Shown one piece after another: positions 41,355-53,822 of a stretch of DNA of 64,000 bases. Where the stretch lies: contig NMRA01000264.1 in assembly GCA_002633005.1 (NCBI GenBank), forward strand, positions 1 through 64,000. The letters are read 5' to 3'. The notes beneath the pieces were generated by a model, which saw only the letters and a list, made by a program, of their open reading frames with translations, searched no databases and was not told where the DNA came from. Both the position numbers and the translations under genes were made by a program. Within the stretch, counting starts at the first letter, position 1, and every line of letters begins with the position of its first letter. This DNA comes from Phoronis australis. Its lineage: Eukaryota; Animalia; Phoronida.

Positions 41355-43091
41355 TCATCTAGATCTGCATCGTCCGTATCTACATCTAAGATAACTGTAA
41401 CAACAGTCCGAATCATAACTGCACCACTCGCCATATGACGAACATCGTCGCCTCGCCCTGAAGAAAAATCAAAACAATTTAGGCTTCATCAAATTTTGAT
41501 ACACAAAACACGATAAGTGAAGCATGTTTAGTCAAAGAAAATGTTTCGTCTTCGTTTTTGTAAAAATATTCGTGTAACGAATAGTCTTAACCCTTAACAC
41601 TGTGAGAGTGTGTACTGGGTCCTAGCGTTAATCAATTTAGTGAAAATGTATTCCCAAATGGTGGTCTTTCAACATGCACTTTTTAATGAACAAAATAAAA
41701 AAGCATCCAAATGTACACCAAAGATGAATTATAAGAAATCTCTTTTTTAAGAATTTAAAAATAGTGTTTACAGAAAAGGTAAATGCACGCAGGTTTGCAA
41801 TTTTCGAAGTCTTCCAACTGTATTGAGATATTTCGTGTTTGCAGAGTGCAACTGAAAGACGCACAGATGCGAATTCTCCCGGGCTACAAATAACTAGCTT
41901 TTGCATTTTTAAATTAAAATGGATTTCTTATTGAAAAGCGTATGGCTTTAAATCAATAGACCTATATAACTATTTCGGAAAACGGTTGTTTTTTTCAGAA
42001 ATTTCCACAAAATCAACAGTCTAAAATAGACATGACGTCTGTTAGGAATATCCGGCATTGGTGTGTGTCAATATCACGGTTTTCCAGAATGGCACCAAAT
42101 AATCTTTATTCGCATCAGTGTACAGATAGTTAAAGAAAACATTTGTTGCAATCGTTGTTCGTTATTTTTCGTGATGATGGCTATTGACATTTGGGACACC
42201 AGTGAAGGATCATTTGAAAACTTGACTGAAATACGTAACCTGCTCACATTTACCCAAAATGTGTTTTTGCGAAGGCAACATAAGGTTGAATTCGATACAT
42301 CCAGATTTACGTGTCATAACTTTGTAGAAGTGCAAGGAACTTTACGAATACCTTGCATCGAAATCGCAATTACGGTCAAGTTACCTGGAGAGTTTGTTGT
42401 CGTCCATATCGTTCTGATCCTGTGTCACTAAAAGAAAGAAAATCATCAAAGTTTTGTGAATTTGTAGGTTTTTGTGAGTCTACGTTTTTGTGTTTTTAGG
42501 ACTCGGGAAAGACAAGAACTACGCTAAAACCTGTTAGAAGGTATCCACGCCCTTGGTGGAAATTCCGTTACGAACAAGAACATCGACACCATCGGCTACT
42601 CAAGGCAACGTTTCAGAATTTATTGGGCTGCCAACCATAGAATTTTGAATTCGAAAATGGCGCATGTATGCATTGACTCTGACTTGAGTTCGTAAGGGTA
42701 ATGGAATCCTATCACTGTAAAGAATATTATGAGTTCGATTACATGAAATATGTTTTTTAGCCAGCTAATTAGGGCGACAAGTAACTTTAAGTATTCTAGA
42801 CGGTAGACAAAGCCATGGACACGGGTGTTGACAATGAGTTTAGAAGGCTTGCTAAATAATGGGTATTTAATTTTCTTTACGTACGGAGCTAGTGTTCTTT
42901 TTGACAAAGAGCCACGAGCTGCGTTAGGCTTAACTGTAAGATTAGTGGAAGTTCAGATAACACCATTTACATCTTAGTTCACGTTCGGTTTTGTCCACGC
43001 TGCTGACGTAGATATTTCCATTTTCCGACTTACCAGCACAAGTGTAATTCAACAGAAGCACAACGACAAGAATTACGAAGACCTTCTTCAT
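41355..43091 (-). CDS. Secreted ICK/knottin peptide precursor K1, complement join(41355..41457,42385..42427,43034..43091), 67 aa
   Basis: MKKVFVILVVVLLLNYTCA-VTQDQNDMDDNKLSR-ARRR-CSSYGEWCSYDSDCCYSYLRCRYGRCRSR*. GT-AG introns (GTAAGT and GTAACT donors) in phases 1 and 2; 58+43+103=204 nt in frame. Confidence 0.9.
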
Positions 43092-43509
43092 TCTCAAGCT
43101 TGGATCGACTTCCGCCTAAAGACAAATTTGAACTTTCAAAGTGATTACTACCGTAAACGGGGTGGGAAGATTATTTGATTGAATGGGTCCGCCTGTCTGT
43201 CTATCTGTCTGTCTGCCCAGTAATTCAAGTGCTCCATTATTAGACTGGGTTGGATTTACAATTAACTTTATTCTCCACTAGAGATAACTTCAGGCCGAAT
43301 TCATACTTTAATTCTCCATGAAACCCGAGAGAATAATGCTGAAAGGATACTAAACCCTGTGTTAGTGAAGTTGTGCGAAATTGTTTCCGCCACCTGTTAT
43401 ATTTCCCTGGAAAGATGAAAGCTAAAACTCAGTCCTTACTGAGTCACAAAAAGGATCCGGTGGAGGCGCAGACTCTCCCACAGTGGTCCAATTTAACCTA
43501 TTTTGTAAG

Positions 43510-43666
43510 GAGTTGTCGTCGTCTTTATGGTATTTTTTGTTTCAAACGTGCCTACGGGCTCAGACGCTATGTTTCACTGCGACGCAATGGTTTGCGTGAA
43601 CAAATTCCTGGATGGGAAAGTATCCATCACCCGAATTATGCATTTTTCATGTGTTGCCGGAGATAA
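43510..43666 (+). pseudogene. Decayed mature exon resembling the plus-strand knottin family (copy at 63895-64000)
   Basis: After TTTTGTAAG it reads SCRRLYGIFCFKR, then in a shifted frame CDAMVCVNKF...SCVAG, paralleling YCAGYGERCYKR..CGLMRCIN..CVSG. Confidence 0.4.
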
Positions 43667-44059
43667 CTGAACTCTGTGCACAGTTCTTGTCCGAAACTTC
43701 GATACATTTAAATATAAAATTTGCCTACCTTAATAATGCTTTGAAGTTGAATTTCAGTTTGAAGCCTGAAGTCGATTTTCACATATGAAAGGCCCGCTTT
43801 ATATAGTCGCGCAAGTCTCTCTGGTTAAGGAATTGAATTATTGAAAACGAGGTAATCAAGTAATACAGTCTAATTTTTGTTACTAAATTGTCCTCCCAAA
43901 ACGTAAAATTACACCCATTTCACTCTATTAGTGGTATTAGCTGTATGCGAATTTCGTTTGATCCTTTTGATTCCTGTTTGCAGAACAGTGAACGCTTAGC
44001 ACAAGAGTGCTTTGTTAGACTCTTATTTACAATTTGTAATTTTAGAAATACAGAAACGG

Positions 44060-44690
44060 TGCTAGATCGGTCAACGAACGGACAATAGCTATAGCGTGTA
44101 AATACGCAAATAACGCTTTTGTTTGGATATCTAGAATTTACGTAATTTGATAACCACCGAGCTTGCAGAAATGACAGCGTTGGTGCGAAAGAAAACATGA
44201 CGCGAATATTTGTATATCAGTTTCCTGTTAGCGCTTGTATGCATTTTAAGCCTCGGAGCTCAGGTCTAATAATTAAGTGAAACAAACTGCTTGTGTTGCC
44301 ATTGTTCTTGTAAAAAAAATTTGCAAAATCACGCAAGCGAAAAGCGTGCTTCGGAAATGTCATGAGAATTGTTGTAAAATAAATTTGAAACGAAGTCGAG
44401 CGTAGGACTGCAATAAAATTTGAACTGAACATGCCCAGTAATGTCGTGGTTGGTCGGGGCTCGCCAGACAAGCGCTCGATTTCGTTCCCAAACACTTTCT
44501 AGAGAGGTTAGTTACTCTTCTAATGAGACTCACTTCTTCAACTCTTTTTCTCAGTATGGCCCTTGACTTTTTTCACACCGGGTTTGATTAGCCGACAACA
44601 CACAGCACTCATCGTCAATTTTCACGGCTCCCAGAGGAGCTGATGATTTCGCTGCCTCGATTTCAGCTAACATTGTTAGGAATCATCGGT
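44060..44690 (+). repeat. Duplicated block, paralogue 52057-52700
   Basis: Near-identical core GGTTGGTCGGGGCTCGCC..TTCGTTCCCAAACACTTTCTAGAGAGG..GGGTTTGATTAGCCGAC. Confidence 0.9.
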
Positions 44691-45234
44691 TTCTAACAAT
44701 AACTTCAAAAAGTGAATCCCATCCAAAACATTCCCCACAATGCAATTTAACCTTTGAGTGAAAGTATACTGAAAGTGAAAACCAAATATAGAGCTCGTCA
44801 AGTTCAGACTTACCTGTCTATCGTCAATATACTGAGTCGTTCTTTGCCGGATCCGACCTTATTCTCGCGTTAGTTAAATTCAGTACGCATAGAAATAGTC
44901 ACGTCACAAGATCACAGGTTTTTTGGTCATGTGACCGATAATTTATGTACTTGAGACAAAAAACAGAAATGGAGATAATTGCAGTTTTGGCGGAGTATTT
45001 ACATCCAATCAATTATTTTATACTAGCTATTTCCATACACATTGTTCAGACCCTTAGCTTCCGTCGTTTTAACAATCATTATGTAAGTCGGTTGTCCAAT
45101 GGCGATGTAGGCCTATAGCGTACAAGCTAACGTTGGATGCGAGACAAGTTGACACTGAACTGAGGACCACTTACTCAGTGTCCCTGCAAATGGGTTAAAT
45201 GACTGCAATTACTTTGCCAACTGCCTGTTTTTAG

Positions 45235-45669
45235 TGGAACTTCCAGCTTTTTGAATATTTGTTCCGCCACCCGCTGCAGCGTACATCCTGTTTTTTCCAC
45301 ACGAGAACCAATTCATGAGTATTCGTATAGTTTGTGCTTTTCCACACAATACCACCAACGACGTACTGTTTGTAAAGCTTGCTTCTCGCAAAACCAACTT
45401 GCTGTAAACCTCTTACATGCGTATTTGGTTAATGTACGTTGTGTCGCGCCAACTACGGAGCGTCTTGCAGCGGCACATCTATCCTAAACTGCTGTTATCC
45501 GCACACATGGAGGCCCGACAACAACAGTGTGGGCTCGCAGTTGTATTGCGTTGAAGGATTCTGTGATGCTTGCGCCAAATCTGGACAAAAATATTCCACG
45601 AACGTACCGTGCTGTGGTGGTTTGACGTGTACTGCGAACACGGGAAGTGCCAACCAGTATTGTAGATGA
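45235..45669 (+). pseudogene. Multi-domain (tandem) knottin exon, decayed
   Basis: CKACFSQNQ / (frameshift) TCCKPLTCVFG*C-TL-CRANYGASCSGTSILNCCYPHTW..YC-VEGFCDA-CAKSGQKYSTNVPCCGGLTCTANTGSANQYCR*. Three CC-centred modules, one in-frame TAA, and Cys positions occupied by TGG and TAT. Confidence 0.7.
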
Positions 45670-46265
45670 ATTGTAATTTTGATTGTGGCTTTTAATTTTC
45701 TGTAGCTGTTCAGTGAATAAAACAGTATAATGATCTGCTTATGCATATTTGGAATTTTGATATGGTAATTAAGTCTTATAAAGTATTAATCGTGTCATTA
45801 AAAGGATAGCACCCACTGTTTTAGCGATTTCCTCCAAAATCGATTCCGTCATGAGCCATTTTGCATAATCAGTGATCCCAGTTGATAGTTAGAATAATTA
45901 ATGTTATTAATATTAATAGCATCTACTAATACCACTACCGCTTGATATACTACCACTGTCATTAATGTTATTACGATAACTACTAATTTATTTGCCACAT
46001 AATTAAGTATAATAATTATAGTCAATATCAATAGCTGTTCACAATAATAATAAAAACTAAGTATGGTATTCTCCATATTAATTAAATTTAACACTAACAT
46101 TAGCAGAAACAGTGAAATTATCGATAATCACACAAGAAATAATGTTAGCATAATAAACAAAAATACCACTACGATAAATTACTACGGTAATGAAAATCAT
46201 CTTTAATCTAGAATGAGCATTCTGTTATCATTCAGTTATTTTCTGTGTTTCATCAAGTGATGATG

Positions 46266-46450
46266 ACTTCGTGGTGTAGTGGTTAAGGTGATGGACTCGA
46301 ATTATCTGTAGTTTCAGAAGTCGCGGGTTCAAATCCTGCCCCGGACAAAAAATCACACCGTGAGTGTACCACATATCTGAGTTCGTTCTTCTAAGAACGC
46401 GGGAACACCTGACGATGGCCGGGAATAGACGTCGTGACAGTGTAAATAGA
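46266..46450 (+). mobile_element. tRNA(Ser-like)-derived SINE
   Basis: A box GTGGTGTAGTGGTTAAGG and B box GGTTCAAATCC. The acceptor stem does not pair well and a non-tRNA tail follows. Confidence 0.6.
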
Positions 46451-47468
46451 CCAGAGATTTTAATAATAGTTGTAACACGCCACGACCTCAGAGCGGTTTT
46501 AAAAAGTCATTACATGAAGTGAAGGTAAGAAATACAGACCATATTCTATTTGTAAACTAAATGAGGCGAATAAACTTACAAAAATTCGTATGCAGTTGTT
46601 AATTAAGTACATGTATGGGTAGTTTCTTCAAATTAGAGACAAGAAATTCGGTGCCGTTTTATGTTAAACTGATGTAACTGTTTTTCATTTAACGCATAAA
46701 CGTTCCTCCAATTCCTGTTGATTGTGCTGGGTTTTTGATAAAAAATGGTGGAGTATGTTTTATAATTTTGAGAGGAGGCAGTGTAGTCTAGGGGATTGAG
46801 TATCTGCCTCCTGTTCACATGGTCGTAACTTCGAATCTCCCAGGAGTCAACTGCTCCTCGGCTCGGTCTCAATTTGTGTTTATATCGATGTGTTGTATGT
46901 GTGTATTAAATATAAAACTTCAAAATGGATTCGACTGTTTGGTGTAATGAGCGCAGTTGATTCAACGTGTATTGAACCAACTGTACTATTGTTTACAATT
47001 CTGTCTACGATTTAATCATACTCTTAAAATAAAGCGCATGACTTTTTTAATTGTTCATTTGAATTCGAGACCATATTAGTACAATTGTTTACATTCAGTA
47101 TAAAAAAACAAAAGATTATAAGTAGACTGCAATAACAATGTATGAATTATTTAATGAAATGATAATATTTAGTATTGCAATTGAATACAAATGTGCATAT
47201 ACCTTGAAAGGAAAAATACAATATTTACTCTCAGTACACCAATAAACAGACTGCAAAAGAGAAATGTATTCACGTTGGAAAACCGATATTTTGTTGACAT
47301 TATGTTCATTATTGTTATTACCGTTATCATCGTCGTTATCGTTATTGTCGTTATTATTATTATTTTTTATTAGTAGTAGTATTGTTGTTGTGGTTTGTTA
47401 TTGTTGTTATTGTTTTTTCATTTCGATTTTGTTTTGTTGAAAGTTTCACTTTTAGGAGTCTGGACAAC

Positions 47469-50117
47469 ATGAAAGCATCATTCGTTGCGTTAATCGCCTT
47501 GTCCAACTTTATTTTGGCTTTCGATCAACGGTAAGGTAACGATATTTCGTTTGAATGAGTTGGCCCAACATAGAAAGTCCTTGTGAGTAAGATTGGTGAT
47601 GTCCGTTTTTACTTACTTGCTATTAAACACGAATAAAAATTCTAGCTTAGGCCAAGTACGTGCTTGGTACGACACATATTACAATCTTCAATAGCAAACC
47701 TTAATTAGTATTCTAAGTAGAATGGGCAATTTCATTTACTCAGTTAAAACTGATTCAGTCGACAAAAGAGATTTTTCGTTTTGAACGTATTCACTCGACA
47801 ATAAAGTATAAAATGTGGTTGGATGTTTATATCTTAATAAAGCATATATTTGGTCAAAAAAACCTCGTTCTCGGTTGATAACTTTCTAACGTAAAATCTC
47901 CTTTTTCCCGTCTGAGAAGTAGAAAGCGAGCGGTTAGCACCAGTCAGGCCCGTAGTGGTTCGACTAGAACGGCGGACCTCTCCAAACGTCGCCACTGTCG
48001 AGTTTTCGGTAAAGCCTTGACACAGCTTAATTTGGAGGAAGGAAAATCTGTATACTCAACGATCACTCTTAGCTCTATGTTCCTGAGGTGAGTGAGATGG
48101 AATTCCTAATACCAGAAACGAAGATGCCGTGACGGTTGCTCGCAAAGACCGGGACTCAAATTCGAATGTAATTTGGTCCATAACGAGAACGTTCCAGCTC
48201 TACCCCCTGCCAAACTCTCAAATCAGGCGTGATTAAATGAGTGATTTCACCTCATTACATACTCGGACGGAAATATTTAGTCGGAGAATGACTTGAAACT
48301 TTTAATGTGGTTGTATTTTGTGTGTTACTTAAGTTGCTTACATTGATGGAAATGGGAACAGCCCACTACTCCGACAGTTCATTACTATGAAAATATCTAA
48401 AATTTCGGTGTCTTGGGTGTAGTTATTATATTTGTAAACACAGAATTAAACCATACTTCGGTTATTAGATGCACTGAGTGGTGTACCAGCCTATAACCAA
48501 AACAACGCAAGGATTTCATGCACATGACAAATTGCCCGCATGTCTCTCGAATACTGAAAATGAGTACACTCTTGCATTTTAATATCGATGAATTATCAAC
48601 CACGATACATGCATCAAATCCATGTCAAGATCGCACCATTTCACAGTGTGACTGAAAAGCTAAGGGCCGCTGCGCCTCACCCTCACCTACCGGAACCACG
48701 CGCATGGCCGGGTCGAAAATAAGTGCTGATAGTAGACTTCCCTGTCCGTGTAAATCTTTACGAAGTCAAAGAGTCACATTCAGTCTTTTTGATTTTAAAA
48801 CCCTGAATCGATGTTGTCCCTGCTTGAGAATGAGTCTTCACGATTGGCAGTGATTGGAACTGAGCTCGTTTCTAAACATTGCAATTAAAGTTTTGATAAC
48901 TATTTAACAGTTGCACACCCTTTAAATGGTTACTAATGGACACATATACAATACTTTATCCATGTCAGTTACGACTCATTAGCAGACAATTAGAGCAACG
49001 AACTGTCGGAATTCTGGTTTCGGAATTGTGGACATTCGAAGTAGTGAACTTTCGAAGGTAGCAAACCATCGGTGAATCAAACTTCGGAGTAGTGAAGTTT
49101 CGGAATGGTGACATGTAACACTGGAAGTCTTTGTGGCTGTGCACCATTGGCACTGATTGTCAAGAGTAAACTTTCTTCATTGACCAACGTTTTTATTAGG
49201 TCTAGACCAACTTTCCCTTCATAACGTGAGTATGCTCGTTAGTGTTTTCTCAGAGCAAGAAAATATGGTAAGAAAATGTTTGTTTTTTTGCAGGAGCAAC
49301 AACGGGGGACTGCCTGTATTGAACCTACCGTCAGCGTGCACTGAATTTAAAAGAATGAAAAGGCACACCCGTGTACACACACACGCATGTATGTCAATCC
49401 AAAAATCCGTAGTCAAAGTGGACGCTGGAGGAACAACATATTTCACGATCCCTTTCAGTTTCAAATTTGAAAATGCCTGCACTTTATCATAGTATGCCAA
49501 CAAGTATACGAAAATAGTAGATAACAAACCTATTTTCTGGCGTTTTTTTCTTGGTCGACGTTAAAGCATTCACAACGCACTAGTTTTAGGAGCTCTGTCG
49601 CTGCTCCAGAGCCTAGCTAGGTTTAGACATTTACTGCTTGACTCCCACGTTACGCAGTGGCGTAGCCACCACTCCCGTTCAATGCCGATGAATTATATAA
49701 AGCCTTCTCCTTAGTTATCATTTTAGGTAGTAGTATCAGTAGTTGGAACAGTTTTGTTGTTGTTATCGATCTTTACCCATATCTTTAACGGATAGGCTAG
49801 GGCTGGATCTTTTCCGCGAATGGTAGGTCCGTTCGAACCNNNNNNNCCCCCCCCCCCGAACCCTCCTGGCTACGTGCCTGCTGCATGCAAACGATTACAT
49901 AACTGTTTCTGTTAGTAATGCACATTTGAACGTTTTATCATGTTGTTTTTGTTTTTCATTGCATTGTTCAAGTATGGCGCAGGGTAAGGAGAGGGATTTT
50001 ACATGGGTCCATGCTGCGGTCTCATGGAATGTAAATACGGCGATGCAACAAGTATGTTACCACGTATGGTACAATTCGATCAAATATCATATACTGCCAG
50101 CGAGTATGTCAGGATAA
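47469..50117 (+). pseudogene. Plus-family knottin precursor pseudogene, copy 2
   Basis: Signal exon MKASFVALIALSNFILAFDQR* (TAA 47532-34); propeptide exon deleted. Mature exon 49972-50117 has a mutated acceptor and reads ..GPCCGLMEC..CNKYVTTYGTIRSNIIYCQRVC. Confidence 0.75.
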
Positions 50118-50959
50118 AGCAAATGCATTTGTGGTGAGAGTTGTGTTTAAATAAATCACCAAGACATTATGTTGTTCCTAGATCATTTTTAAGTTGAATA
50201 ACTCTGATACCAAATAACCATCTAATAGCCTTGTCAACATTTAAACATTGGAAGATATCTTTCAACTCCATGAGAAATTTTAAAAGTCAACAAGCGTTGC
50301 TCCAGAAACGTCTTGTTGTAATATCAAAGTAATGTTAAAACCCAAAAAGTCACTTGGGGGATGTTTTGTCAGAGGGTTGTAGTTTGTTTTGTTCACTCGC
50401 TTTTTATTTTATAGTGAAAATTAGATATCATAAAATTAATGCCATCTAAAATCAATAATACTCAGTTTAAAGTCCTTATCTCAAAGGGTATTCTAGTTCA
50501 AAAACTTTAAAATATATACCAAAATAAGTAATATGCAAAATGGCATGTTCACATCCTTTCTGTTAACAAACTAAAAGCCTTTTTAGCACAATTTTGTACC
50601 TCAGCCGAGATCGGAAAATCATCGACTATTCCTGTCTATTTCCGTGACCTGAGTTCCTGTGTGTCAGTTCAGGAACGATTCCTGAATGCCAGCCATGTTG
50701 TCCTTGAAAACGTAGTGACATCACCGCGAACGTAAATGCCTTGTTACTTTGTTTGGTTGTTTTTGGTTTCCAGTTTGGTTCTTTTTATAAAAACTTGATT
50801 ATTTATTATCCTAATTTTACCTGTTCTTTGCATATGAGGAATGGTATTTAATGCATAATCATAAGTCTGAAGTACCTTCGCAAAGTCTTCCGCGTAACCA
50901 ACGCTCGGCTACTGAGTTCAGGTCTGACTCATCGCGAGGGTACGTCAAAATGCCAGTAC

Positions 50960-52056
50960 TCAGATCCATCCCAAAATAATCGTCGTTCGTTGTCAACATC
51001 ATATAAACACATTTCTTAAATTTAGTAAAGATCCTACAAACGGTTTAGGAGATAAAAGCTATGGGCGCAAAAAAGAAACTGCCACTAGGAGGTGCCACAG
51101 TAGTCGAAGTCATCGGAAAATCATTGTCAGCCGTTCACTTCATAGTGAAAACATAAATGCTAATTTTCACAATTATCCTGAAAGCGGTTTGGTTTATGGA
51201 GGGGTGGACGTCAAAAAACCGACTCGAAAACAGTAAAAATGGCCACTAGGTGGCGCAAACTGGGTCGAATCCATCTGAAAACGGAAAGATAGCGTCACCT
51301 CACTAACAAAAACCTGTACGTCAAATTTTATGAAAATACGTTGAGGAGCTTTGAAGATCCAGAGGAAAACGTGAAAAGAATAAAATTGCCAATAGCACGT
51401 GGCACACCAGTAGACGGATGTGTCCGAAAGTCATCGTCGTCCTTTGTTAATATCATATATAAATGCACTTACTAAATTTAGTAAAGATGCTGCAAAACGG
51501 TTAAGGAGATAAAGCCATAGGCGCAAAAAACAAAACTGCCACTAGGAGGATCCGCAGTAGCTGAAGTCGTCGGAAAATCATCGTCAACCTTCATCTTCAT
51601 AGTAAAACATACATGCCAATTTTCACAATAATGCTTAGAGCGGTTTGGTTGATAGAGGGGTGGACGTTAAAAAACAGACTCGACAAGAGTAAAAATGGCC
51701 ACTAGGTGGCGCAAACTACGTCGAATCCATCCGAAAACGGGAGGATGTTGTCGTTTCACTAATAGATACCTATATACCAAATTTCATGAAAATACCTTAA
51801 GGACCTTTGAAGATACAGAGGTAAACATAAAAAACTAAAATTGCCACTGAAGGACACACTAGTAATCGGATCCGTCCGAAAGTTCGCTCATGCCGTCCTA
51901 TTTATGAAAGGAATACATGTGCAAAATTTCATGAGCATACCTAAATCGGTTTTGGAGATAGAGCAGCGGACGTCGGACGCTGCCCGGGCGAACGGACGGA
52001 CGGACGCAGATGACGGCATAATGCGTCCACATCTAAATATGTGGGCGCATAAAAAT
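50960..52056 (+). mobile_element. Non-autonomous Helentron/HINE-like element, second copy
   Basis: Three-monomer higher-order repeat of ~457 bp, (CGGA)n at ~51965-52006 and 3' hairpin ATGCGTCCACAT..ATGTGGGCGCAT followed by AAAAA. Confidence 0.65.
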
Positions 52057-52971
52057 GGAGCTAGATCGGTCACAGGACAGCCAATAGCCATAGTGTGTAA
52101 ACACGCGAATAACGCATTTGTTTAGAAATCTAGTATTTATGTAGTTTGAGAACCACTGAGCTTGCATAAATGACATCCACGTTGGTGCGAAAGAAAACCT
52201 GACGTGAATATTGTATATCAGATTTCTTTTAGCGCTATGCATTTTAAGCCTCGGAGCCCAGGTCTAATAATCAGGTTGAGCAAACAGCTTGTGTTGCTGA
52301 TGTAACAAAATAAAAAATGACCTAAGTAGCGTTTCGTGGAAAATTTACAAAATCACGCTGAGAAATTTGTAGAATAAATTTGAAACAAAGCCGAGCGTAG
52401 GACTTCTATAAATTGGAAATGAACAATCTCAGTAATGTAGTGGTTGGTCGGGGCTCGCCAAACAAGCGCTCGATTTCGTTCCCAAACACTTTCTAGAGAG
52501 GTTAGTTACTCCTCTAATGAGCCTCACTTCTTCAACTCTTTTTCTCAGTATGGCCCTTGGCTTTTTTCACACCGGGTTTGATTAGCCGACTACACACCGC
52601 ACTTATTGTCCATTTTCACTGCACCCAGAACAAAAGAGCTGACGATATCGCTGCCTCGATTTTAGTTAATATTGGCTGGAAGCCTTTGTAAGGAATCATC
52701 GACTAATGCAACGTGTATCGAACCACCTGTACTTTGTCATACAATGTCGTCTTGCTACAGACTACGATCATACTCTCAACATAATGCACGTGACTTTTTA
52801 ATTGTTAATTTGATATTCGAGACCATATTAGTATAAATTCACGTTGGAAAATCGAAATGCCTTGTTATCATTATGGTCATCAGTATTATTATTTTTAGTA
52901 GTATTGTTAATAATGTTATTATTTGTTATTATTATTTTGTTTCAGGTTCTATTTTTAAGAATCTGGACAAC

Positions 52972-53822
52972 ATGAAAACATTATTCGTTGCCTTAATCGT
53001 CGTGTCTAACTTTGGTTTGGTCTTCGTTCAAGCGAAAGGTAAAGACATTTCGTTTGAATGAGTTGGCTCAAAACTACAATATCCTTATCAGTATAGAAGA
53101 TTGATGATGTCCATTTTTACTTACCTGCCATTAAATGCAATTAAAAATTTTAGCTTAGACCGAATGCGTACATGAGGGGCACATTAGACGTTTTTTGTAC
53201 TTATAGGATCTTTTGGTGAAGCAGATGAAACTGAGCTGCACATTTTGGCGAAGAGGTTTGTTCTGTCAGATGGTTTTTCATTGTCCTGAACGGTAGACGT
53301 GTTCCATGAAACACTGCGTGGGCAAAACACACGCTACAATCTTCAATATCAAACCCGTTTCACAATTAATTCGTATTCCAAGTAGAATGGGTAATTCCAA
53401 TTGCCCAGTTAAAACTGATTCAGTCGAAAAAAACGAAGTTTTCGTTTTGAAAGTATTCACTTGACATTAAAATATAAAATGTGGTTGGATGTTTATATCT
53501 TAGTAAAACATAACAAAACCTCGTTCTCCATTCCTAACATTTTGTCGTAAAATATCTTTTTCCCCGACTGAGAAGTAGAAAGTGAGCGGTTAGCATTGTT
53601 AAAGGCTACATAACGATTTCGTTCAGTGATGCTCACATGAACGTTTTATTATGTTGTTTTGTGTTGTATTTTATTGAATTATTCAGGTACTGCGCAGGGT
53701 ACGGAGAGAGATGTTACAAGCGTCCATGCTGCGGTCTGATGCGATGCATCAACTAGTTTACTAATTATGGTGATATTCAATCGAGTACGAAATACTGCCT
53801 GTGTGTGTGTGTGTCAGGATAA
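52972..53822 (+). pseudogene. Plus-family knottin precursor copy 3, join(52972..53038,53207..53255,53687..53822), one premature TAG
   Basis: MKTLFVALIVVSNFGLVFVQAK-GSFGEADETELHILAKR-YCAGYGERCYKRPCCGLMRCIN*FTNYGDIQSSTKYCLCVCVSG*. All splice sites are GT-AG in phases 1 and 2, with a KR cleavage site and AATAAA at 53855-60. Confidence 0.85.

Larger units (their letters stand above)
37430..43620 (+). repeat. Segmental duplication, copy A (paralogue 54405-64000)
   Basis: Collinear high similarity from GAGCTGATAGTCAATATTGTTTATGACC to AAATTCCTGGATG at the window end, differing by TE insertions and deletions. Confidence 0.95.

Noticed and set aside
46266-46345. Possible tRNA-Ser gene
   Set aside because: A and B boxes are present but the acceptor and anticodon stems pair poorly; better explained as a SINE head.
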